Under the pieces are notes generated by a model. It saw only the letters and a list, made by a program, of their open reading frames with translations. It was not told the DNA's origin and searched no databases. DNA of 64,000 nucleotides from the NCBI GenBank assembly GCA_964354125.1, contig CAYGXW010000001.1, positions 22,474 through 86,473 on the forward strand, given 5' to 3'. Below, in pieces: positions 1-8,983 of this stretch (the stretch's first letter is position 1; every line of letters begins with the position of its first letter). The position numbers were made by a program, and so were the translations under genes. The stretch comes from an uncultured Dehalococcoidales bacterium (lineage in GTDB: Bacteria > Chloroflexota > Dehalococcoidia > Dehalococcoidales > G020351185).

Positions 1-1
1 G

Positions 2-913
2 GTGTGTAAACACAGTGATGCCGTACTGCTGGGTGCTGTTGGTCATCCTAAATATGATGACCCGCAAGCGCCAGTCCATCCCGAGGACGGCCTGCTGGCA
101 TTGAGGAAGGAGATGGGGTTATTTGCCAACCTGCGCCCGGTGAAGGTCTACCCGGCGCTTATTGATAATACCAATTTTAAACTTGAGGTTTTAAAAGGAG
201 TTGATTTTATCTTTGTCCGTGAGCTTACCGGAGGGCTCTATTTCGGGCGTCCCAAGAGGCAGTGGCGGACGACCAGAGGTCGCCGGGCGGTTGACTCAAT
301 GAGCTACTCGGAGCAGGAGATTAGCCGCATCGTCAGGGTTGGCTTTGAGATAGCCCGCACGCGAAAGAAGAAGCTAATATCGGTAGACAAAGCCAATGTA
401 CTGCAATCATCACGATTATGGCGGCAGATAACCATTGAGTTATCAAAAGACTACCCCGATATTGAGTTAGAACATATGCTGGTAGACGCCTGTGCCATGA
501 GGATAATCCAGAATCCACGGTATCTGGACGTACTGGTTACTGAGAATACCTTCGGTGATATACTTACCGATGAGGCGTCAATGCTGGGGGGTTCACTGGG
601 TATGCTAGCTTCAGCCAGCCTGGCCGGGGTGCCCAAAGAAGGCAGTCGTACCCTAGGTATGTATGAACCGAGTCATGGTAGTGCCCCAAGGCGTGCTGGG
701 CTGGATATGGTTAATCCCATTGCCACTATTGCCAGTATGGCGATGATGTTAAGCTATTCATTAGGACTAGCGCAAGAAGCCAAAGCGGTTGAGAAGGCTA
801 TTGAAAGGGCGCTGGAGGAAGGCTATCGCACCTATGATATAATGGGAGAGGGTAAAAAAAGGGTGGGCACCAAGAAGATGGGCGATTTAATCGCCGAAAG
901 GGCAGGAGTATAA
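2..913 (+). CDS. leuB: 3-isopropylmalate dehydrogenase, 5' end outside the window
   Basis: The ORF is open to the window edge. It carries the isocitrate/isopropylmalate dehydrogenase family motif (ENTFGDILTDEASMLGGSLGMLASASL) and is followed directly by a citramalate/isopropylmalate synthase gene. Confidence 0.85.
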   Translation: MCKHSDAVLLGAVGHPKYDDPQAPVHPEDGLLALRKEMGLFANLRPVKVYPALIDNTNFKLEVLKGVDFIFVRELTGGLYFGRPKRQWRTTRGRRAVDSMSYSEQEISRIVRVGFEIARTRKKKLISVDKANVLQSSRLWRQITIELSKDYPDIELEHMLVDACAMRIIQNPRYLDVLVTENTFGDILTDEASMLGGSLGMLASASLAGVPKEGSRTLGMYEPSHGSAPRRAGLDMVNPIATIASMAMMLSYSLGLAQEAKAVEKAIERALEEGYRTYDIMGEGKKRVGTKKMGDLIAERAGV

Positions 914-916
914 GAA

Positions 917-2506
917 TTGTTATCAGTTCAGCTTTATGACACCACACTCCGGGATGGGGCACAGCGAGAGGGTATTTCCTTCTCGGTGGTTGATAAGCTT
1001 AATATCACCCGCCGTCTGGACGAGATTGGAATCCACTTTATAGAGGGTGGCTGGCCTGGTTCTAGTCCCAAGGATGATGAGTTCTTCAATAAAGCCAGGA
1101 ATTTAAGTCTAAACAACGCCAAGCTGGTTGCCTTTGGCAGTACGCGTCATCCGAAGACTAAAGCCGAAGCAGACATAAACCTGCAGGTTCTAGCCAGTAC
1201 CGTGGTAGGGGTAATTACTATTGTTGGTAAGAGCTCGGATTTACAGGTAAAGCAGGTGCTGGAGACCACCCTGGAGGAAAATCTGGATATGGTATTTGAT
1301 TCTATCAGCTATCTAAAGGCAAAAGGGCTCACCGTATTCTTTGATGCTGAACACTTCTTTGACGGCTTTAAATCAAACCCGGAATATACCCTGCGGGTTT
1401 TAAAGGCGGCTGAAAAAGCCGGTGCTGACTGTCTGGTGCTGTGTGATACCAATGGCGGTGCTCTACCTGTTGAGGTAGCGGCTGCTGTTAACGATGCCAG
1501 GAAAATAACAAAAGTGCCACTCGGTATCCATGCTCACAACGATAGCGAGCTGGCGGTAGCCAATACGCTGGCGGCGGTAAATGCCGGCGCCAGTCAGGTT
1601 CAGGGCACCATAAATGGCTATGGCGAGCGTTGTGGCAATGCCAACCTGTGCTCTATAATCCCGGCACTCAAGCTTAAGTTGGGTATTAGTTGTGTTACTG
1701 ATGAGCAACTGGCTAAGTTGACTGAGGTGGCACACTATGTCAGTGAGGTGGCTAACCTTGTCCCCGATGCCTTTCTGCCCTATGTCGGTTCCAGTGCCTT
1801 CAGCCATAAGGCGGGCCTTCATGTTTCCGGTTTGAGCAAATGGGCGGGTAGCTATCAGCATATAGACCCGAATATGGTGGGTAATAAGCCAAGGATGTTG
1901 GTATCTGAGCTATCAGGCAGGGCAAACATTGTTCATCGTGCCCGGGAGCTGGGTGTTGACTTGCCCCCAAAGGGCAGAGAGGCAAAAGAACTACTGGAAA
2001 AGGTAAAACTGCTGGAAAGCCGTGGCTTTCAATATGAGAATGCTGAAGCTTCCTTTGATTTACTGGTGCACCGCGCCAAACCTGATTATCAGCCACCTTT
2101 TGAGCTGGTTGACCTTATGGTAGTAGTTGAAAAAAGGCGGCGACCACCAGCGATGAAAAGCGCTGAAGAGATGCTGTCTGAAGCTGTGGTCAAGGTCAGG
2201 GTAGGCGGTGAGGTAATGCATACCGCGGCAGAGGGCAACGGGCCGGTTAATGCACTGGATAAGGCGTTGCGTAAGGCACTACTTCGTTTCTATCCCAGCC
2301 TGTCGGCTGTTAGGCTGGTTGACTACAAAGTTCGCATCCTTGAGGAAAGTACCGGCACTGAATCTCAAGTTCGGGTGCTTATTGAGTCCAGCGATGGTGT
2401 TGAGCAGTGGCGGACAGTGGGCAGTTCGGCTAATATCATTGAAGCCAGCTGGCTGGCACTGGCTGATAGCCTGGAATACTGGCTATTAAAACAGGGAGTA
2501 AAATAA
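917..2506 (+). CDS. cimA: (R)-citramalate synthase (LeuA/CimA family, with C-terminal LeuA-dimer-type regulatory domain)
   Basis: N-terminus LYDTTLRDGAQREGISFSVVDKLNITRRLDEIGIHFIEGGWPGSSPKD matches the HMGL-like aldolase domain of Geobacter-type CimA as I recall it. Length is 529 aa with a TTG start 3 nt after the leuB stop. Confidence 0.75.
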   Translation: MLSVQLYDTTLRDGAQREGISFSVVDKLNITRRLDEIGIHFIEGGWPGSSPKDDEFFNKARNLSLNNAKLVAFGSTRHPKTKAEADINLQVLASTVVGVITIVGKSSDLQVKQVLETTLEENLDMVFDSISYLKAKGLTVFFDAEHFFDGFKSNPEYTLRVLKAAEKAGADCLVLCDTNGGALPVEVAAAVNDARKITKVPLGIHAHNDSELAVANTLAAVNAGASQVQGTINGYGERCGNANLCSIIPALKLKLGISCVTDEQLAKLTEVAHYVSEVANLVPDAFLPYVGSSAFSHKAGLHVSGLSKWAGSYQHIDPNMVGNKPRMLVSELSGRANIVHRARELGVDLPPKGREAKELLEKVKLLESRGFQYENAEASFDLLVHRAKPDYQPPFELVDLMVVVEKRRRPPAMKSAEEMLSEAVVKVRVGGEVMHTAAEGNGPVNALDKALRKALLRFYPSLSAVRLVDYKVRILEESTGTESQVRVLIESSDGVEQWRTVGSSANIIEASWLALADSLEYWLLKQGVK

Positions 2507-2612
2507 ATATAGTGTAAGGTATTGACAACCGAATGCGGTGGTAGTATTTTTAATCAAAATTAATATTGCTTTAAATAGCATATCGGTATGTAAGTTAGGG
2601 CGATGGAGAATG

Positions 2613-2660
2613 GGCACTGGAGTTACTAATTAGTTTTTAGCCAGTGCCTTTTTTGTTTAT
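2613..2660 (+). terminator. Rho-independent terminator downstream of cimA
   Basis: An 8-bp stem GGCACTGG (2613-2620) pairs with CCAGTGCC (2641-2648). It is followed by TTTTTTGTTTATTTTTT. Confidence 0.7.
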
Positions 2661-2713
2661 TTTTTACTAGTGATATAAGAAACTGTCATGAAATAACCTG
2701 AGGAGGTTGGTTT

Positions 2714-3190
2714 ATGAGATATAGAAATCTGCTTCTGATTCTTGTACTTACCGCTGTATTGGTTTTTCAGGCTTGTGGTACCACTCAAACTACCACCCCA
2801 ACCACAAAAACCGGGACGACTCAAACAACTACCCAAGCTGCCAGCCGTCCCTGGGAGGTAATCTATGCTGATGATGACCCCGGTTCCTTTTTTCTCCCTG
2901 GAAATCTAGTTATTGGTCTCGACTTTGGTCGGGAGATATCAGAAGCTGAACGGAGTCAGTTTAAGGCAGGGGCGAGTATAACCGACAGTAAAAACAGTCG
3001 GTTTGAGTGTCTGGCATTGATGACCGCCGGCTCTATGAATATTACCAGGCAGGATAAGAGCTATCAGTTCGGGCCGTGCGTGTTTTTCGCTTTCGATATT
3101 GAAAATGGCACACCTAACTATAGCTTCAGCCTTGAGGGTTCATCAATTAACATAGGAGACCCATTCTCCAAGCCCATCTATGGGTCATAG
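2714..3190 (+). CDS. small secreted lipoprotein, unknown function
   Basis: Signal peptide with lipobox (LVFQAC), followed by a Thr/Gln-rich linker. A strong SD (GAGGAGG) lies upstream of the ATG. Confidence 0.6.
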   Translation: MRYRNLLLILVLTAVLVFQACGTTQTTTPTTKTGTTQTTTQAASRPWEVIYADDDPGSFFLPGNLVIGLDFGREISEAERSQFKAGASITDSKNSRFECLALMTAGSMNITRQDKSYQFGPCVFFAFDIENGTPNYSFSLEGSSINIGDPFSKPIYGS

Positions 3191-3330
3191 AAGTTAGAAA
3201 GGCATAATTAAGGCATAATTGATGAGATTGTGAAGATATAGGACTGCTTATATCAAGGGAACTGCCTGTACCAGTAGAGAGGTGGTTTCCATAAGCTTCA
3301 TTAAATTAGTCTTACCTTCTGAGATAATGT

Positions 3331-4236
3331 CTATTTACCTTTAGTCCAGAAGTCCAGACTCAGGTATTTCCAGCCACCATCGGGAAGTATGGCTACTATA
3401 TTACCTTCGTCAATCTCTTTAGCAATCTTTATAGCCTGATGGACTACAGCGCCTGAAGACAAACCGGCAAAAATCCCCTCATTATCTAGCAACTTTCTGG
3501 TGGTTTCAGCCGCCTGCTGGCTGGTAACTCTAGCCCTCTTGGTAATAAAGCTTAGGTCCAGGATTGGGGGAATATATTTTTCAAGGCATCTTAGTCCCTG
3601 GATGCTGTCACCCGGTGGTGGCTCAACCCCGATTGCTTTTAGATTTGGGTATTTCTCTCTTAAACGCTTGGCAACACCCATTATGGTGCCCCCGGTGCCG
3701 ATGCCGACAATCAGGAAATCAATCCTGCCATAAGGGAAGTCATTTAAAATTTCAACCCCGGTGGTCTCGTAGTGAGCTAGTGGATTAGACGGATTAGAGA
3801 ACTGGTCGGGCATAAAGTGCTTGCTATCCTGGGCTAACAGCTCAAAGGCGGTATCAATGGCTCCCTGCACTCCATCAGCTCCCTTGGTAAGGATGAGTTC
3901 AGCCTCGAAGAGCTTGATTAGTTGCTGTCTCTCCCGGCTCATATTTTCGGGCATAACGATGGTTACCTTATAACCCTTCTTGCGCCCGAGCCAGGCTAGA
4001 GCTATCCCCGTATTGCCGCTGGTGGCTTCAATAATGGTCTTTTCCTTAGTCAGCTCTCCGCTCAGCTCCGCTTTTTCTATCATATATTTGGCTATGCGGT
4101 CTTTAATACTGGCACTGCCACCCAGGTTCTGTCCTTCCAGCTTGGCTAGGATATGTACCTTCGGCTTAGAGCTCAGCTGGGACATTTCTACCAATGGAGT
4201 ATGCCCCAGGGCTTCAATAACATTTTTATAGTACAT
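3331..4236 (-). CDS. cysK: cysteine synthase (O-acetylserine sulfhydrylase family, PLP-dependent)
   Basis: PLP-lysine motif SIKDR, plus TSGNTGIALA and GIGTGGT motifs. Length is 301 aa. Confidence 0.8.
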   Translation of the reverse strand: MYYKNVIEALGHTPLVEMSQLSSKPKVHILAKLEGQNLGGSASIKDRIAKYMIEKAELSGELTKEKTIIEATSGNTGIALAWLGRKKGYKVTIVMPENMSRERQQLIKLFEAELILTKGADGVQGAIDTAFELLAQDSKHFMPDQFSNPSNPLAHYETTGVEILNDFPYGRIDFLIVGIGTGGTIMGVAKRLREKYPNLKAIGVEPPPGDSIQGLRCLEKYIPPILDLSFITKRARVTSQQAAETTRKLLDNEGIFAGLSSGAVVHQAIKIAKEIDEGNIVAILPDGGWKYLSLDFWTKGK

Positions 4237-4368
4237 TTGGACTAGATTATAGCATTAAGAACTATAAATATAAAATAATCGGTAGCATCTAGCTTTAAGC
4301 TTGTTTGATAATCTAGTATAATGTTATTGGGAGTATATCTTGTTATTGTTAATGCAGTTGGGGCTCTG

Positions 4369-4959
4369 ATGGCTGATATAAAAAGTGCTCGTGAGATAGC
4401 CCGGGGAAAAACAGTCGGTTTTGGTGAGGCAACCGAGGAGGAGCGGCTGAGGTGGCAGTATATACCGGAGGGGGAAAGGCTGGCGGTTCAATATCTTAAC
4501 GGGGATATTGATTTAGAGGCTAAACTTTCCCGATACCAGAAAAAGGCTAAAAAGTATGTTTCTAAAGGGGCTGAGACAGTATTACTGGTAAATATTAGCC
4601 TGCCTAAAAACGATATAGCCAAGAGTAAGAATAAAAAGGCAATGGACGCCCTGATGAAATTTAAGATTAATAAGGCATCACTAGTAAAGATTTATGATAA
4701 TATAAGGCATATCTTTAATCATTATAATGAGCAGGGTGAGCAACAGAGGAAGCAAGCCTATGAATCCCTTAAGGCTGAATTCAGGTCCAAAATACACCGG
4801 GCAGTTGAGCAGCAGATGGGCTCAGTAGGGGAGCTGGAGATAAACGTTGATAACCTGCCACAATTCCAGGATGAGTGGCAGAGGACATTAGCCCAATTAG
4901 ATTCACAATATATTCAGCTTTTAGATGAATATAAGCAAGAATTAAAAAGTATTACCTAG
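4369..4959 (+). CDS. hypothetical protein, predicted helical/coiled-coil
   Basis: The ORF is open from 4321, but a TATAAT box at 4317-4322 overlaps that ATG, so the internal ATG at 4369 (MADIKSAREIA...) is preferred. I recognise no family. Confidence 0.5.
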   Translation: MADIKSAREIARGKTVGFGEATEEERLRWQYIPEGERLAVQYLNGDIDLEAKLSRYQKKAKKYVSKGAETVLLVNISLPKNDIAKSKNKKAMDALMKFKINKASLVKIYDNIRHIFNHYNEQGEQQRKQAYESLKAEFRSKIHRAVEQQMGSVGELEINVDNLPQFQDEWQRTLAQLDSQYIQLLDEYKQELKSIT

Positions 4960-4993
4960 ACTTGATTAGCTATAATTATGCAGGGGGTTCGAT

Positions 4994-5695
4994 GTGGAGG
5001 ATATTAATGATGAGAGGATAGGATATGCTGTTAGGCACACTGAGATACTCAGGCTGCCCAAGCAGTCACTGGAGACATTTGGTACCACCAATATCGGTTA
5101 CTATCTGGTTACCAAGCCTGTCTATACTGAAATAGCCAAAGATGCCAATGAAACAGTTGTTAGGGAGGGCAGGGTAATTGCCGAGAGACCCAGGATAGTA
5201 ACGCCTTACTATCTATCCCGGCTTGAGGGTTTCAGTATAGATGCTAAAAGGTACTTTGACATGCTCATTAAAACGCATGGTCCTAATGTCCCCGGGATTT
5301 TTTACACCTATCGCAATGAGCCCAAAGGGCTCACCATTGTTGCCGGAGATTTAATGTCGGTGGTGGATAAAATAAACAGTGAAATTGAACGACATGGTGA
5401 CCCGCTGGTTACTGTCATCAAGGGGCAGGACGAGCTCTGGGACGTATCGTTGATGAAGTTTATCTATGAAATCACCCGAAGCTCTATGCAGGATAACCTG
5501 TCCCAGCTAAGGTCAAGGGGTCTTTTGGATGTGGATGCCAGAGGTGTACCAATGGATGCCAGGGTGAAAATTGAGGAACTCTTTAAGAAGCTATCGCAAG
5601 GGGAGATTGAACCCCGTGAGTTAAGGGATGAACTGGAACGCTGGAACCTTTTTGATGAGTATCAGGATAGATTCTTCTCTGTGTTCCGCAGGTAA
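4994..5695 (+). CDS. hypothetical protein (233 aa, Cys-free)
   Basis: GTG start preceded by AGGGGG at good spacing. Same strand as, and tightly spaced with, the flanking genes. I recognise no family. Confidence 0.55.
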   Translation: MEDINDERIGYAVRHTEILRLPKQSLETFGTTNIGYYLVTKPVYTEIAKDANETVVREGRVIAERPRIVTPYYLSRLEGFSIDAKRYFDMLIKTHGPNVPGIFYTYRNEPKGLTIVAGDLMSVVDKINSEIERHGDPLVTVIKGQDELWDVSLMKFIYEITRSSMQDNLSQLRSRGLLDVDARGVPMDARVKIEELFKKLSQGEIEPRELRDELERWNLFDEYQDRFFSVFRR

Positions 5696-5775
5696 TAGAA
5701 GTAGTTATTTAGAAAGGACAGGGCGAAGGGCTCTGTCAGCCATAAGAGCAAATAAGTGCCAAATTCGGTCAGTTT

Positions 5776-6423
5776 ATGAAGATTTCAGTTATTGAGGCTA
5801 GAGACCTATCCGAAGCATGGTTTCTCTGTCTGCGAAAGACATTGATTGATGGTTACGAGTATGAGATTGAGCGGGGAAGCTATGCCGGCCAGCATCGCAA
5901 AGAGCTTGATTTTGTCTTTATTCAGATAATTAATCCCGGAACAAGACCCCTAACCCCTGATGTACCGCAGGGGGTGCCGGCACCAACTACCATGGAATAT
6001 ATAGAAAGCTACCTGCCCTACCTAATGACAGCCCACAGAGCCGAGGGAGAGCAATATACCTACGGTCAATACCTTGAGAAGCAGATAGCTGAAGTAATCA
6101 AGATGTATAGGGAGAACGGGTATAATACTAACCAGGCTTTTATGGCGGTAGGTGATAGCCAATCAATATTCCTTACTGACCCCCCTTGCCTGCGGGGTAT
6201 TGATACCAGGGTCAGGTATGGCAAGCTCCACTATATTGCCTATTTCCGCTCCTGGGACCTTTGGGCTGGCTTTCCCTCCAATCTGGCGGCTATTCAACTC
6301 TTGAAGGAGTATATGGCTTCTGAGATAGGCGTCGCTGATGGCGAGCTGATTGCCTTAAGTAAAGGGTTACACCTATATGAGTATGCCTGGGAGTTAGCTA
6401 GGACCGCCGCTGGGATGGGTTAG
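5776..6423 (+). CDS. short (archaeal-type) thymidylate synthase-like protein
   Basis: DPPCLRG aligns with the ThyA catalytic-Cys motif (PPCH). RSWDLWAGFPSNLAAIQLL aligns with ThyA RSxDxxLGxPFNIASYALL, including the Asn that specifies dUMP. At 215 aa it is much shorter than bacterial ThyA. Confidence 0.65.
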   Translation: MKISVIEARDLSEAWFLCLRKTLIDGYEYEIERGSYAGQHRKELDFVFIQIINPGTRPLTPDVPQGVPAPTTMEYIESYLPYLMTAHRAEGEQYTYGQYLEKQIAEVIKMYRENGYNTNQAFMAVGDSQSIFLTDPPCLRGIDTRVRYGKLHYIAYFRSWDLWAGFPSNLAAIQLLKEYMASEIGVADGELIALSKGLHLYEYAWELARTAAGMG

Positions 6424-6481
6424 GTTCTGGTATAGTGATATATTGACAAAGATACTTACCGCTTGAATCTTTCTCCGCATT

Positions 6482-6985
6482 GTGAGAGCAATCGGACTAA
6501 TGAAACTGATTATGAAATACATCATTACAGTCTTTTTGATGCTATTAATGTTTATAGTGGTATTTTTAGTAGTTGCTCCTTACTTTGGTTGGCGAATTCA
6601 TACCGCCATAGGTGATAGCATGACTCCAGTATTGAAATCGGGGGGTATAGTAATAACACAACCAGTAGAGCCGGCCGACATTAAGTTGGGCGATATCATT
6701 ACCTATAGTAGATACGATACATTGGTCGTCCACAGGGTGGTAGAGATAATAGAGGATGATTCACTTCTGTTCCGAACAAAAGGTGATGCCAATGAAGAAC
6801 CTGACAGTCACCTAGTGCATGACTATGATATCACGGGCAGGGTCTATCTCTATATCCCGATACTAGGACAGGTGGTGCAGTTCATGAAAACACCAATCGG
6901 CTTGGGCCTGTTTTTGCTAATACCTGGGCTCATTATTATTTCAATGAATATGAGAAACACCCCACGTGTGTTTATCAAACAATAG
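6482..6985 (+). CDS. signal peptidase I, SipW/ER-archaeal type (S26B)
   Basis: An N-terminal TM helix is followed by GDSMTPVL (Ser nucleophile), VVHRVV (His general base) and TKGDANEEPD, as in SipW-type peptidases. The start is uncertain: GTG at 6482, or ATG at 6500 or 6512. Confidence 0.7.
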   Translation: MRAIGLMKLIMKYIITVFLMLLMFIVVFLVVAPYFGWRIHTAIGDSMTPVLKSGGIVITQPVEPADIKLGDIITYSRYDTLVVHRVVEIIEDDSLLFRTKGDANEEPDSHLVHDYDITGRVYLYIPILGQVVQFMKTPIGLGLFLLIPGLIIISMNMRNTPRVFIKQ

Positions 6986-7033
6986 ATTGAGGGCAAATTA
7001 GGCATAGAACACATAAGCACTATTCTTTAGCGG

Positions 7034-7999
7034 TTAGTAGCTAACTTCTGCCCCTCTATCCTGTAAAGCCCTAATATTCTCCATGTCTTCAGAGCCTTCC
7101 GTCAGGTCCAGATTGTTGTCCTCAAGCTCTATCCTGTCACCTGATCGATTGCCTGCACCCAGTCCATTGTTCTCCACCAAGGGGGAAATATCACTTATCT
7201 GGTTCCCACTAAGGACAAGCATTCTCAGGTCGGTAAGGGATGAAAGAGGAGAGATATCATTTATCTGGTTTTTATCAAGGGAGAGATACTTCAATTTATT
7301 TAGTGAAGAAAGGGGGGAGATGTCGCTTATCTGGTTCTCGTTAAGGACAAGCGCATCTAGGTTGGTCAGGGAGGAAAGTAGAGAGATATTGCTTATCTGG
7401 TTCCCATGAAGTCCGAGACTTTTCAGATTGTTAAGTAAGGAAAGTGGAGATAAATCACTTACTTGATTCCCATCAAGAATGAGTGTTTCCAGGTTAGTCA
7501 AGGAGGGAAGGGGAGGGATATTGCTTATCTGATTCCCGCTAAGGTCAAGCTCAACGAGGTTGGTTAGAGAGGATAGAGGGGAGATATCACTTATACTATT
7601 AAGGCTTAGGTTGAGCCTTTCCAGATTGTTAAGGGAGGAAAGGGGGGAGATATTACTTATCTCATTCCCATAAAGATTAAGCTCAGTCAGATTGGTAAGG
7701 GAAGAAAGAGGAGAGATATCGCTTATGTGGTTGTTGTAGAGGTTTAGCTCAGTCAGGTTGGTGCAGTATTCAATACCGGAAAGGTCAGTAATAAGCCTGT
7801 ATGTAGCCCATTTCCCCAGAGTAGTAAGGCTAGCCAGTTCATCAACCGTTATCGCTTCATTTTCCGGTTTTTCAAGAAGATACCTTACGGCTGCCTCCAG
7901 GTTCTTATCAGGAAAGAATCTTTCCGACTTGGCGCAGCCAATAAGCGAAGCAACAAGTAATATAGAAAAAGCTATAGCCGATATTCTTAACCACTTCAT
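7034..7999 (-). CDS. leucine-rich-repeat (internalin-like) lipoprotein
   Basis: Start taken at MKWLRISAIAFSILLVASLIGC (lipobox LIGC). About nine consecutive 22-aa LRRs follow, with consensus LTNLxxLxLxxNQISDISPLSS. Confidence 0.8.
   Translation of the reverse strand: MKWLRISAIAFSILLVASLIGCAKSERFFPDKNLEAAVRYLLEKPENEAITVDELASLTTLGKWATYRLITDLSGIEYCTNLTELNLYNNHISDISPLSSLTNLTELNLYGNEISNISPLSSLNNLERLNLSLNSISDISPLSSLTNLVELDLSGNQISNIPPLPSLTNLETLILDGNQVSDLSPLSLLNNLKSLGLHGNQISNISLLSSLTNLDALVLNENQISDISPLSSLNKLKYLSLDKNQINDISPLSSLTDLRMLVLSGNQISDISPLVENNGLGAGNRSGDRIELEDNNLDLTEGSEDMENIRALQDRGAEVSY
7163..7759 (-). repeat. tandem 66-bp coding repeats (about 9 units) encoding the LRR array
   Basis: The periodic 22-aa repeat is visible in the translation. 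Recurrent GATATCACTTATCTGGTT-like strings appear on the plus strand. Confidence 0.8.
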
Positions 8000-8066
8000 C
8001 TCCCACTCCCGAAACAGGCCTTTTGGGGCATTATTGGTGATTATATTAGAAATATAAAGCAATGAC

Positions 8067-8858
8067 CTATTTAATCTTTGTAGGCTGGTTCCTGACCTTT
8101 ATATGCAGATAGAGGTCACCTGACTTTTTGTTTTCTACCAGTCCCATACCCTTGAGCCTGATTTTGGTGCCAGATTTAATCCCGGGTGGAATTTTAACCG
8201 TGAGTTTCTTTTTTCGCTTGCTCCTTTTATAGCTGACCTCTTTCTCACCACCAGCAGAAGCCACTGCTGGTGTCAGCTCAAGCTCAATATGAAGGTCTAG
8301 ATTGGCGGTATATTCAATTCCCAGGAGTTTTTTCAAAAGGAAGCGGCTGAGCTTGATAAATACTATGGAGAGCATTCTTTCAAACCAGTTTGGTTTATAG
8401 GTTATAGTCCCCGGGGCATATTGATGATAGGCTGTACTGCTGGCACCACTGGGGCTGGTATAGAACTGGAATATAGTACCTCTACCGCCAAAGAAGACCT
8501 GATTGAGGAAGTCACGGTCAAATCTAAGTCCTGCCTGGGTAAACATACGATTGAGCTCGTTAAGTGTGGCTTGATTGGTAAAGATACCCTGGAAAATGTC
8601 CTGCTGGGAGTATTGAAAGCCTTTATAACCAACACCGGCAAACTGCCCCTTTCGGGCGAGGTCATATTGCTGCCTTTTATTTTTATCGCTGAGTACTGCG
8701 TATGCCTCATTTATTTCCTTGAACCTTTCTTCTGCCTGCCTTTCATTACCAGGATTGGTATCCGGGTGGTATTTGAAGGCAAGCTTTCTGAAGGAGCTTT
8801 TAATATCCTGCTGACTGGCATTCTCGGGGATACCTAAAATCTTATAGTAATCTTTCAT
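8067..8858 (-). CDS. J-domain protein with a DnaJ C-terminal-like beta domain; lacks a zinc-finger region
   Basis: Contains DYYKILGI...KYHPD (HPD motif). The C-terminus GEKEVSYKR...[19 protein letters not shown]...GDLYLHIKV resembles the DnaJ CTD. Start taken at the MKDYYK ATG (8858). Confidence 0.75.
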   Translation of the reverse strand: MKDYYKILGIPENASQQDIKSSFRKLAFKYHPDTNPGNERQAEERFKEINEAYAVLSDKNKRQQYDLARKGQFAGVGYKGFQYSQQDIFQGIFTNQATLNELNRMFTQAGLRFDRDFLNQVFFGGRGTIFQFYTSPSGASSTAYHQYAPGTITYKPNWFERMLSIVFIKLSRFLLKKLLGIEYTANLDLHIELELTPAVASAGGEKEVSYKRSKRKKKLTVKIPPGIKSGTKIRLKGMGLVENKKSGDLYLHIKVRNQPTKIK

Positions 8859-8983
8859 AATATTTATAACTGATAACACTCAACCATTATTAGTGGTTAT
8901 TGATATTGCTATCCTCGAGTTATATTTAATGTATCTAAGTATTATAATGGTATTGTGATTGGTATTTCCAACCAGGGGGTTTA

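Noticed and set aside
7163-7759. Regular 66-bp periodicity that could be mistaken for a CRISPR-like array
   Set aside because: The repeats are contiguous, with no unique spacers, and are in frame. They encode the 22-aa LRR units of a single long ORF.
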